Positions 29,185 to 37,201 of a stretch of DNA of 64,000 nt are shown here, in pieces (the first letter of the stretch is position 1; every line of letters begins with the position of its first letter). The notes under the pieces are model-generated. The model saw only the letters and a list, made by a program, of their open reading frames with translations, made no database searches and was not told where the DNA came from. Made by a program: the position numbers and the translations under genes. This DNA comes from Vicinamibacteria bacterium (lineage in GTDB: Bacteria > Acidobacteriota > Vicinamibacteria > Marinacidobacterales > Marinacidobacteraceae), in contig OY729431.1 in assembly GCA_963422395.1 (NCBI GenBank), positions 2,720,001 to 2,784,000 on the forward strand, given 5' to 3'.

Positions 29185-30423
29185 ATGGTGGCGCTCCTCA
29201 GGCGATTCGCACTTCCCTGCGCAGTGGCAGGCGCGCTTTCTCCGGCGTTTCTCCACGGACAGGCTCCGACGGCGACGGACCGCAGGGTGGCGCACCTGGA
29301 TCGAGAAGGAGCGCAATTCCTCTTCGATTACGACTTCGCGGAGGCCGAGCGGGTGTACCGGGAGCTCAGCGAGGAATTCTCCGAGCATCCTGCAGGACCC
29401 TACAACCGGGCTGCGGTCATCTGGACCCGGCTCGCCCAGCGAAGCGGAGGGATGCGCGGCTCCACCCACCGGGGCGACCGCTACTGGACGCAAACCAGAA
29501 CACCGGAGCTGCGCGCCGGAGAAGAGGAGCGGTTCCGCCAGCATGTCGCCGAGGCGTTCGCCCGCGCCGACCGGGCCATCGAGCAGAATCCGAAGGATCG
29601 GGAAGCCCGCTATTACCGCGGCGCCACCGAGGCGCTGGAGTCCGGTTGGAAGATCATCGTCGAGCGTTCCTACCTCGGCGGTTTCCTCTCGATCCGGAGG
29701 GCAGTGAACCGGCACCGCCGCCTCCTCGAGGAGGATCCGAATTTCCTGGATGCGCAGGCCCTTCCCGGGGCCTACGACTACGGCCTGGCCACCTTGCCGC
29801 GAGCACTCCGGGTGATCGCTTCGCTCTTCGGAGCCACGGGTGACAAGGAACGCGGGATCGATGGAGTCCGAACCGTCGCCACTCGGGGGGTCCGGGCGCG
29901 CTGGGGGGCGCTTTGGACCCTGGCAGTGCTGCTGCAGCGCGAACAGAGGTTCGCCGAAGCGCTCACCGCCGTGAGGGAACTCCGGAAGAGGTTTCCCCGA
30001 AACCCCGACTACGCCCTCGAGGAAATGGGCCTTCTCATCGCCCAGCGAGACTTTCGCGAGGCGCGGGTCGAAGTGCGCACCTTCATGGAGCGTCGAGACG
30101 CTGGGTTCGGGAATTACCGCCTGGCGGCGGCGGGACTCCCTGAACTGCGCCTCGGGGAGGCCTATCTCTTCGAGGAGAATTGGGAAGCTGCCGAGAAGGC
30201 CTTCGGCCTCGGGCTCGCTGCTTCCCCGCTGTCGGAACTTTCGGCCATGCTGTTCTTCCGCCGCGGCAACGCCCTCGACGGAATGGGGCGCCGGTCCGAC
30301 GGCCTCCGTGACTATCTACAGGTTCGCCGACTCGATGCCGACGAGGTCCTCAGCGAATGGGCCGGGCGTCTCCTGAGCACCCCCTGGCCCGAGGGTGCCC
30401 CGGAAGGAGCCGCGCCTCCGTGA
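29185..30423 (+). CDS. Secreted TPR-containing protein
   Basis: Signal peptide and all-helical TPR-like repeats. Confidence 0.75.
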   Translation: MVALLRRFALPCAVAGALSPAFLHGQAPTATDRRVAHLDREGAQFLFDYDFAEAERVYRELSEEFSEHPAGPYNRAAVIWTRLAQRSGGMRGSTHRGDRYWTQTRTPELRAGEEERFRQHVAEAFARADRAIEQNPKDREARYYRGATEALESGWKIIVERSYLGGFLSIRRAVNRHRRLLEEDPNFLDAQALPGAYDYGLATLPRALRVIASLFGATGDKERGIDGVRTVATRGVRARWGALWTLAVLLQREQRFAEALTAVRELRKRFPRNPDYALEEMGLLIAQRDFREARVEVRTFMERRDAGFGNYRLAAAGLPELRLGEAYLFEENWEAAEKAFGLGLAASPLSELSAMLFFRRGNALDGMGRRSDGLRDYLQVRRLDADEVLSEWAGRLLSTPWPEGAPEGAAPP

Positions 30424-30470
30424 TCCGGAACGCGGAATGGTCCGCCCGCCACCGGGCGGGAGGTCCCGAC

Positions 30471-31253
30471 CTACTCGGCGCTGAAGGTGAAACTCGCGTC
30501 CACGGTCGCCATCTCCGCGACGCTCACCGGCATCTCCATCTCCCCGAGACGCTCATGCCAGACGCTGACGATGTACTCCCCGGGAGGCAGATCCCCGATG
30601 CTGAAGGAGCCGTCCGGACCGCTGACCGCGAAATACGGATGGTCCAGAACGCCGGCGTAGCTGTTCATCCAGCGGTGCACATCACACTTGAAGGGCACCA
30701 TGACCTCCACGGTATCGAAGGTGCGCGTGGTGCTCATGTTCTGCACCGGCTGCCCGATGTTGAATTCCCGATTGCTGACAGGCGTCGCGTGGATGTTGTG
30801 GAGCGTCATGTCGCTGTTCAGAATTTCGAGCGGCTGCCCTACCTGGAGGCCGAGCACATGAGGAACATAGACACAACCCTGCTGGTTCAGCGTCACCGGT
30901 TCGGTCGGGGTGGGGAAGCGCATCCCCTCGAGGCCGCTCTTGACATAGACGAAGGCGTTTCCGAGCCCGCCTTCCGTGTCGGTGATGACGAACTCGGTCA
31001 TCACCGCGCTCTCGTGCATCCGGGCGCAATTCGGGTCGGCGGCCATCTGGATCGCATCTGCGGGCGGCGCCTCGCCGTCGAGCATGATCTTCCCGGTGAT
31101 CGTGCCGGCAGTCGCCGGGTCCACCGTGGCCGCAGGCGAAGCCGCGTCCAAGTCGGAGCCTGCGTCATCGCCGCCGCCGCCGCAAGCGGCAAGCGCACCG
31201 AAAACGAAGAAAATCGAGAGCTGGAAGAGCAAACGAGGGACTCTTTGAAACAT
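30471..31253 (-). CDS. Lipoprotein with cupredoxin-like and carboxypeptidase-regulatory-like domains
   Basis: Lipobox LAAC, LHNIH...CDVHRWM putative type-1 Cu motif, C-terminal DGSFSIGDLPPGEY. Confidence 0.8.
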   Translation of the reverse strand: MFQRVPRLLFQLSIFFVFGALAACGGGGDDAGSDLDAASPAATVDPATAGTITGKIMLDGEAPPADAIQMAADPNCARMHESAVMTEFVITDTEGGLGNAFVYVKSGLEGMRFPTPTEPVTLNQQGCVYVPHVLGLQVGQPLEILNSDMTLHNIHATPVSNREFNIGQPVQNMSTTRTFDTVEVMVPFKCDVHRWMNSYAGVLDHPYFAVSGPDGSFSIGDLPPGEYIVSVWHERLGEMEMPVSVAEMATVDASFTFSAE

Positions 31254-31424
31254 ATTCCGGGGAACCTCCGTTCCGTCAGTGGTTGTGAAGCGCCCGGTGC
31301 TCGCCGATCGAACGGGTTCGGATCGCGGATCAGAGCTGGGATTCCGACGCAGAAGAGCGGATCCCCACCAGAGCGGCCGCAATTCTACGGCGGCAGGAGG
31401 GGGCCGGCAACCCGCCGCCGGAGC

Positions 31425-32366
31425 ATGATGAAGATCGTGCTCGCCCGGATGGCGGTCCTCACGGCGATACTCGACTTCGGCGTCACCGGAGCTTTCGCCG
31501 CCCAGGAAGGGATCCCGACGCCGGGTCAGGATCCGTTCCGCATCCAGGTCCAGGTCGAAGCGGTCCACCTCGGGGTCGCAGTCAGCGACGGCCGAGGCCG
31601 CTTCGTCTCCGGCCTCAACGCGGCGGACTTCGAAGTGCGGGAAGACGGGATTCCCCAGGAACTGACCTTCTTCGCCGCCGAGGCTGCACCGCTCACCATC
31701 CTCGTGCTGCTCGACGCCTCGCTCAGTATGCGAGCGAGTCTCGACTATGTGAAGGAGGCAGCCGCTACCTTCGTGGATCGTCTCTGGGAAGGCGACCGCG
31801 CCATGATCGGTGAGTTCAACGATCGGGTGCACTTCGGAGGCGAGTTCACCGAGGACAAGTTTCGGCTCACTTCGAGCATCCTCGCTCTCAACCCTTTAGG
31901 ACCCACTGCGCTCTACGACGCTTCGATCCTGTCGCTCGATCGGCTCCACTTCGCTGATGGAGACCGGAAGGCACTGCTCGTGTTCACCGACGGCGACGAT
32001 TCGCGCGGTATGGGGTTCGGCAGCGAGGCGAGTGCGGGCGACGCGATCGAAGCCGCGCGGGCGACGAACGCGGTGGTCTATGCGATCGGTTTCGAAGGAA
32101 ACGGAGCGCGAGTCAACAAACGGTTCTTGCGGAGTCTGGCCGAGGAAACCGGAGGGCAGGCGCTGTTTCCGGAACGGACCGGAGACCTGATCGGCAGCTT
32201 CACCCGGATCGAAGCGGACATGCACGCCCGATACCGCCTCGCTTACATCCCGAAGAACGCCGGACGGGAAGGAGAGTGGCGCCGGATCGAGGTCTCGATC
32301 CCGAATCGGCGGGATCTGACGGCTCGAACCCGGAGCGGCTATTACGCGTTTCCCGAGGAAGAGTAG
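31425..32366 (+). CDS. VWA domain protein (acidobacterial VWFA-related type)
   Basis: MIDAS motif DASLSM, TALYD, FTDGDD, LAEETGG, N-terminal V.V.D..GRFV.GL...DF.V.EDG. Confidence 0.88.
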   Translation: MMKIVLARMAVLTAILDFGVTGAFAAQEGIPTPGQDPFRIQVQVEAVHLGVAVSDGRGRFVSGLNAADFEVREDGIPQELTFFAAEAAPLTILVLLDASLSMRASLDYVKEAAATFVDRLWEGDRAMIGEFNDRVHFGGEFTEDKFRLTSSILALNPLGPTALYDASILSLDRLHFADGDRKALLVFTDGDDSRGMGFGSEASAGDAIEAARATNAVVYAIGFEGNGARVNKRFLRSLAEETGGQALFPERTGDLIGSFTRIEADMHARYRLAYIPKNAGREGEWRRIEVSIPNRRDLTARTRSGYYAFPEEE

Positions 32367-32632
32367 TCCGGCCGATCCAGCGCCCGGCTGCCGTCCGGTC
32401 CCGTCCGCAGCCGGCGGGAGACCACCAGATAGCCCGTCACCGATCCGAACACGGCATACGGAGCCGCCAGCAGGAACAGGATCGCCCGGTTGAAACCGGC
32501 GGCGGCCTCGGGGTTCTGTTCGAGCGCAGTGCGGCACATGGAGCACTGGGCGAATCCGGAATCGACCGAGAGCAGCACTGCGGTCGCGACCGCAGTGCCG
32601 ATGGTGAGGAAACGGGCGGTTCGGGAAAGCAT
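32342..32632 (-). CDS. Small membrane protein with QCSMC motif, oxidase-cluster associated
   Basis: Signal-like N-terminus, AQCSMC, then one TM helix. Last gene of the oxidase operon. Confidence 0.7.
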   Translation of the reverse strand: MLSRTARFLTIGTAVATAVLLSVDSGFAQCSMCRTALEQNPEAAAGFNRAILFLLAAPYAVFGSVTGYLVVSRRLRTGPDGSRALDRPDYSSSGNA

Positions 32633-32664
32633 CGAGTCCGCTGCTCGCGTCAGGTCGCGTCGCG

Positions 32665-32970
32665 TCAGGGGGTGGTACTGCTCGCCAGGATGTGCGTTCC
32701 ATCGTAGGCGGGCAGCACGAACATGAGAATGCTGGTCACGAAGAGCCCCACCAGAATCGTGAGGATCAGGCTCATGTGCTCGAACTTCAAGTGCATGTAA
32801 TAGAAGATGATGAGCGTCGCCTTGATCGCCGAGCCGAACAGAAGCAGGACGACCGCAAGAGCAGCCGGTAGAGCCGCTCCCTCGATCGCGATCATGAGCA
32901 GGGTAACGGTCAGCAGAACCGCCCACAGAATCCAGTAACCCCGGTAAGGGTGAGCCGTTTCGGTGGTCAC
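32665..32970 (-). CDS. Cytochrome c oxidase subunit IV family protein
   Basis: Three TM helices and KA.LI..YYMHLKFE motif. Confidence 0.88.
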   Translation of the reverse strand: MTTETAHPYRGYWILWAVLLTVTLLMIAIEGAALPAALAVVLLLFGSAIKATLIIFYYMHLKFEHMSLILTILVGLFVTSILMFVLPAYDGTHILASSTTP

Positions 32971-33007
32971 GAGGCGTCTCCTGGTGGGTGGTGGATGGAG
33001 TGCCCGC

Positions 33008-33613
33008 TCACACCAGATAGAAGAGGGCGAAAACGAAGACCCAGACGAGGTCCACGAAGTGCCAATAGAGACCGGCGTTCTCCACCCCGGCCGCCGAGTA
33101 CCGGCCCAGTGCCGAACGGATCGCCACCACCAGGAGCACGGTCACTCCGGTGAGAACATGAAATCCGTGGAAACCGGTGATGATGAAGAAGAACTGGCTG
33201 AAGGTGGGTGAGCCCCACGGATTCCCGTGGATCCCTCCGCCCTCGTGGATGAAGTGCGTCCATTCGTATACCTGCATCCCCAGGAATCCGAACCCGCCGA
33301 GGATGGTCAACCACAGACACAGGGTCACGGTCTTGCGCCGCTCGAGCTCCGCCGCCGCCACCGCGCACGCCATGGTGGCCGAAGAGCTGATGAGAACGAA
33401 GGTCATCGCCGCGATGTACGTCAGGCTGAAGACTTCGCTCTGTATCGGCCAATCTCCGGTCGCGATGCGCACTACCCCATAGCTGACCAGCAGGCCGGCG
33501 AACAGCAGGGCGTCGGTGACGATGAAGAACCACATCATCATCTTCTGCCAGGTCACGCCGAAGGGGCTGGCAGCGCCCCCCCAGTCGGCCTGGGCGATCG
33601 CGGTCTGGCTCAT
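33008..33613 (-). CDS. Cytochrome c oxidase subunit III homologue
   Basis: FFIITGFHGFHV and GLYWHFVDLVW motifs. Confidence 0.92.
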   Translation of the reverse strand: MSQTAIAQADWGGAASPFGVTWQKMMMWFFIVTDALLFAGLLVSYGVVRIATGDWPIQSEVFSLTYIAAMTFVLISSSATMACAVAAAELERRKTVTLCLWLTILGGFGFLGMQVYEWTHFIHEGGGIHGNPWGSPTFSQFFFIITGFHGFHVLTGVTVLLVVAIRSALGRYSAAGVENAGLYWHFVDLVWVFVFALFYLV

Positions 33614-33671
33614 GCGTCCTCCTCTCCGGATGGGCCGCGGGCGAGCGGCGAATGACGGCGGTGCGCGACCA

Positions 33672-34274
33672 TCAACCGAAAAAAGTCAGGATGGCCAGCA
33701 GATAGATCCACAGGCATCCTACGAAATGCCAATAGATGGCGGTCAAGGTCGGCGCATCGGAGCGTCCGGGAACCAGGCGGCCGGCGGCAGCGAGTCCGAA
33801 CAGGACCAGCAGCGCCGCGACGCCGGCGAACAGATGTACTCCGTGCACGCCGGTCAACACGAAGAAGAACGAACTCTTCGGGTGGCTGCGAAGATAGACG
33901 CCTGATTCGTTCAGGGATATCCAGGCGGCGAACTGGCCGGCGAGAAAGCCGGTTCCAAGAGCTGCGGTAGCAGCACTCCACGAGCGGAACGACACGAGGC
34001 GGCCGCGCTGGAAGGCGCGGCGAGCCCTCTCGAGCGTCAGCGAACTCGCCAGGAGCAGCGCGGTGCTCAACCAGAGCACCGGAGGCAGATCGAGCGCCAC
34101 CCAGTCGCCCCCTCCGCTCCGAACCAGGTAGGCCGAGGTGAAGGCTGCGAACAGCATCGTGATCCCGCCGAGCCCGACGAGCAGACCGAGACGGTTGATG
34201 TGGGACCGGTCTCCGTACGATTCCACCGCGGCACCCGCCGCGGGAGCGACCGGTGTCAGGCTCGCACTGGTCAC
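33672..34274 (-). CDS. Cytochrome c oxidase subunit III homologue (second copy)
   Basis: FFVLTGVHGVHL and IYWHFV motifs. Confidence 0.88.
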   Translation of the reverse strand: MTSASLTPVAPAAGAAVESYGDRSHINRLGLLVGLGGITMLFAAFTSAYLVRSGGGDWVALDLPPVLWLSTALLLASSLTLERARRAFQRGRLVSFRSWSAATAALGTGFLAGQFAAWISLNESGVYLRSHPKSSFFFVLTGVHGVHLFAGVAALLVLFGLAAAGRLVPGRSDAPTLTAIYWHFVGCLWIYLLAILTFFG

Positions 34275-34290
34275 GCCGACACGGCTCCCC

Positions 34291-36018
34291 TCAGGCTTCC
34301 CACTGCGGAGTGAAGTCCCGCTTCTTGCCGGGAAGGCTGTAGTCGTAGGGCCAGCGATGGGCCTCGGGGATCTCCCCCTCCCAGTTGCCGTGTCCCGGTT
34401 TCGCCGGAGTGGACCACTCGAGGCCTGCGGAATCCCAGGGATTCCCCGTGGCTTCGCGGCCCCGCCACATGCTCGCGAAGTAGTTGTAGAGGAAGAGCAA
34501 CTGGCCGGCGAACAGCACGAAAGCGGCGATCGTGATGAACAGGTTCACCGGCTGGAGCGGCTGCAGATACTCGTACACATTCGGGTCGTAGATGCGCCGC
34601 ATCATCCCCGAGACTCCGAGGTAGTGCATGGGGAAAAAGACCGCGTAGTAGGCGATGAAGGTGATCCAGAAATGGAGCTTGCCGAGCCGCTCGCTCAACA
34701 GCCGGCCGAACATCTTGGGATACCAGTAGTACACCGCAGCGAAAGCGCCGAAGAGGCCCGCTCCCGCCATGATGAAATGGAAGTGGCCGACCACGAAATA
34801 GGTATCGTGGAGTTGGATGTCCACCGCGTTCGTTCCGAGGAAGATGCCGGTGAGGCCGCCGGTCACGAACAGCGATACCACTCCCAGCGCAAACAGGGAA
34901 GCGCTGGTGAAACGGATCTTCGCCCGAGCGATGGTGAACAGCCAATTGAACGCTTTCACTGCCGAGGGGATCGCGATCGCGAGCGTGGTCACCACGAAAA
35001 GGCTGCCGAGGAACGGACTCATCCCGCTCACGAACATGTGGTGTCCCCAGACCAGGAAGCTCAGCGTGCCGATCGCCATGATCGCGTACACCATCGAGCG
35101 GTAACCGAAGATGGGCCGGCGGCAGAAGACCGCCAAGATGTCCGAGGTGAAACCCATCGCCGGCAGCATGATGATGTAGACCTCGGGGTGGCCGAGGAAC
35201 CAGAAGAGGTGTTGCCAGAGAAGCGGGGCGCCGCCTTCGTGCGGCATCAACGTGTCGCCGATGAAGATCCCGGCAGGAAGGAAGAAACTGGTACCGAGGG
35301 AGCGGTCGAAGGTGAGCAGGATGGCCCCGGCCGCGAGCGCGGGAAAGGACAGGAGGCCCAGGATCCCGACCACGAACTGCGCCCAGGTGGTCAACGGCAT
35401 CCGCATCAACCGGAGGCCTTTCGTCCTGAGGTTCAGGATCGTGACCACGAAGTTGAGACCGCCCATCGTGAACGACGCCACGAAGAAGATCATCCCGACG
35501 AGCCAGAGTGTCTGCCCGGCGGCGGACCCCGGAATGGCGCTTCGGATCGCTGAAAGGGGAGGGTAGGCGGTCCACCCCGAGGCGGCGGCGCCGCCTTCGA
35601 CGAAGAACGAGATGATGATGATGACCGCCCCTGGAACCACGGTCCAGAACGACAGCATGTTCAGAAACGGAAACGCCATGTCCCGCGCGCCGATCTGCAG
35701 CGGTATCAGGAAGTTTCCGAAACCGCTGACCGGAAGCAGCGAGAGGAGGAAGAACACCATGATCGTGCCGTGCATCGTGAACAGCGACACATAGAACTCG
35801 GGAGTCATGATCCCGCCGGCCATGCCGACCGGGAACAGGTTCTCGAGGAATGGCCAGGGTTTCGATGGAAAGCCGAGCTGAAGCCGGATCAGCACCGCGA
35901 GGATTCCGCCGATGAAACCCATCGTCATGGCGAGCGTGAAGTACTGCTTGCCGATCATCTTGTGATCGAAGCTGAAGATGTACTTGCTCACGAAGCTTTG
36001 CTTGCCGCCGTGCTCCAT
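34291..36018 (-). CDS. ctaD: Heme-copper oxidase subunit I, A1 type
   Basis: DHK.IG, TMHGTIM, GWTAYPPLS, WFLGHPEVY, VWGHHMF, HDTYFVVGHFH, MMRR. Confidence 0.96.
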   Translation of the reverse strand: MEHGGKQSFVSKYIFSFDHKMIGKQYFTLAMTMGFIGGILAVLIRLQLGFPSKPWPFLENLFPVGMAGGIMTPEFYVSLFTMHGTIMVFFLLSLLPVSGFGNFLIPLQIGARDMAFPFLNMLSFWTVVPGAVIIIISFFVEGGAAASGWTAYPPLSAIRSAIPGSAAGQTLWLVGMIFFVASFTMGGLNFVVTILNLRTKGLRLMRMPLTTWAQFVVGILGLLSFPALAAGAILLTFDRSLGTSFFLPAGIFIGDTLMPHEGGAPLLWQHLFWFLGHPEVYIIMLPAMGFTSDILAVFCRRPIFGYRSMVYAIMAIGTLSFLVWGHHMFVSGMSPFLGSLFVVTTLAIAIPSAVKAFNWLFTIARAKIRFTSASLFALGVVSLFVTGGLTGIFLGTNAVDIQLHDTYFVVGHFHFIMAGAGLFGAFAAVYYWYPKMFGRLLSERLGKLHFWITFIAYYAVFFPMHYLGVSGMMRRIYDPNVYEYLQPLQPVNLFITIAAFVLFAGQLLFLYNYFASMWRGREATGNPWDSAGLEWSTPAKPGHGNWEGEIPEAHRWPYDYSLPGKKRDFTPQWEA

Positions 36019-36101
36019 CGCTCTTCTCCAGTCGCCTTTTCTCGTGGGTCTCTGCCGGTCCTTCGATCCTTGCGCTTGCGCCGTTCCCTACTGCCTCGCC
36101 A

Positions 36102-37001
36102 CTACCTCGCCGCCGGGGTGGAAACGTCTCCACTCCCATCCAGCCCGCCCCCGAGGTCCGCACCGGGCGCCGGCGAGGCCGCCGGCGGCAACGGGGCGTT
36201 TTCGGTGAACCAAGCTTCGTAGTCGGCCTCTTCCATCACTTCCAGGAAAGCCCGCATCCGGTAATGGCCAAGCCCGCAAAGCTCGGCACAAGCCACCTCG
36301 TAACTGCCGACCTTGATCGGCGTGAACCATACCTCGGTCGTCATTCCCGGCACGAGATCCTGCTTGACGCGGAAGTTCGGAAGGAAGAAAGCATGCTGGA
36401 CATCCTTCGACCGCAGCAGAATGCGGGCGGGGCGCCCCACCGGCAGGACCAGCTGGTTGGTGAGGACCCAGTCGTCGTCGGCCGCAGCGTCGCTCTCGTC
36501 GAGTCCGACCTGGTTGTCTATGGCGTAGAGCTGCGGATCGAACCTTCCGAACTCTCCGTCGGCACCGGGATAGTGGAAGTCCCACTGGAATTGCGCGCCG
36601 ACCGCCATCACGGTGACCGCATCCTCCGGTGCCGGCGCCCTCACCCGATCCCAATAGGCGAGTCCGGTGAGGACGATGGGGACGAGGATGACCGCGGTAC
36701 CGATGGTCCAGGTGAGTTCGAGCCAGCGGCTCTCATGCCAGTGACTCGATTCGGCCCCCGGCCGATCTCCCCGATAGCGATAGATCACCCATCCGAGCGC
36801 AAGCTGGAACAGCACATAGGCGACTCCGGTGATCGCCAGGATCACATAGAACAGGGTGTCCAGGTACTCCCGGTCCGACGCCAATTCGGGGACGCCGTAG
36901 CGCAGGAAATAGAACACCGAGACCAGGACGATCAACCAGATGGCGACCGCCATGGCGATGCCCTGGAGACTTCCCCGGTTCCCTCGCGCTTCATCGGCCA
37001 T
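36102..37001 (-). CDS. ctaC: Cytochrome c oxidase subunit II (CuA), no fused cytochrome c
   Basis: Two TM helices, DVQHAF and CAELCGLGHYRM CuA ligands. Confidence 0.95.
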   Translation of the reverse strand: MADEARGNRGSLQGIAMAVAIWLIVLVSVFYFLRYGVPELASDREYLDTLFYVILAITGVAYVLFQLALGWVIYRYRGDRPGAESSHWHESRWLELTWTIGTAVILVPIVLTGLAYWDRVRAPAPEDAVTVMAVGAQFQWDFHYPGADGEFGRFDPQLYAIDNQVGLDESDAAADDDWVLTNQLVLPVGRPARILLRSKDVQHAFFLPNFRVKQDLVPGMTTEVWFTPIKVGSYEVACAELCGLGHYRMRAFLEVMEEADYEAWFTENAPLPPAASPAPGADLGGGLDGSGDVSTPAAR

Positions 37002-37105
37002 TCGAGTCTTCTCCTGCGAACCGCGACCGTGACTTTTCGCCGCAGCGGGGTTTCCTGACGCTCCGGATCACACGCCGCCGCCGCCGCTGCGATCCCGATT
37101 CCTTT

Positions 37106-37169
37106 CGGACACTTCCGAACCCGAGCATTTCCGCATCCGGACACTTCCGCATCCGGACACTTCCACATC
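37106..37169. repeat. Four imperfect 16-bp tandem repeats (consensus CGGACACTTCCGCATC) between the cytochrome c gene and subunit II
   Basis: cggacacttccgaacc / cgagcatttccgcatc / cggacacttccgcatc / cggacacttccacatc. Confidence 0.8.
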
Positions 37170-37201
37170 CCGAGCGAAATCCGATGGGGGTGCCATTGCG
37201 A

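Noticed and set aside
37106-37169. Possible mini-CRISPR
   Set aside because: Units are contiguous 16-mers without spacers, and no cas genes are present.
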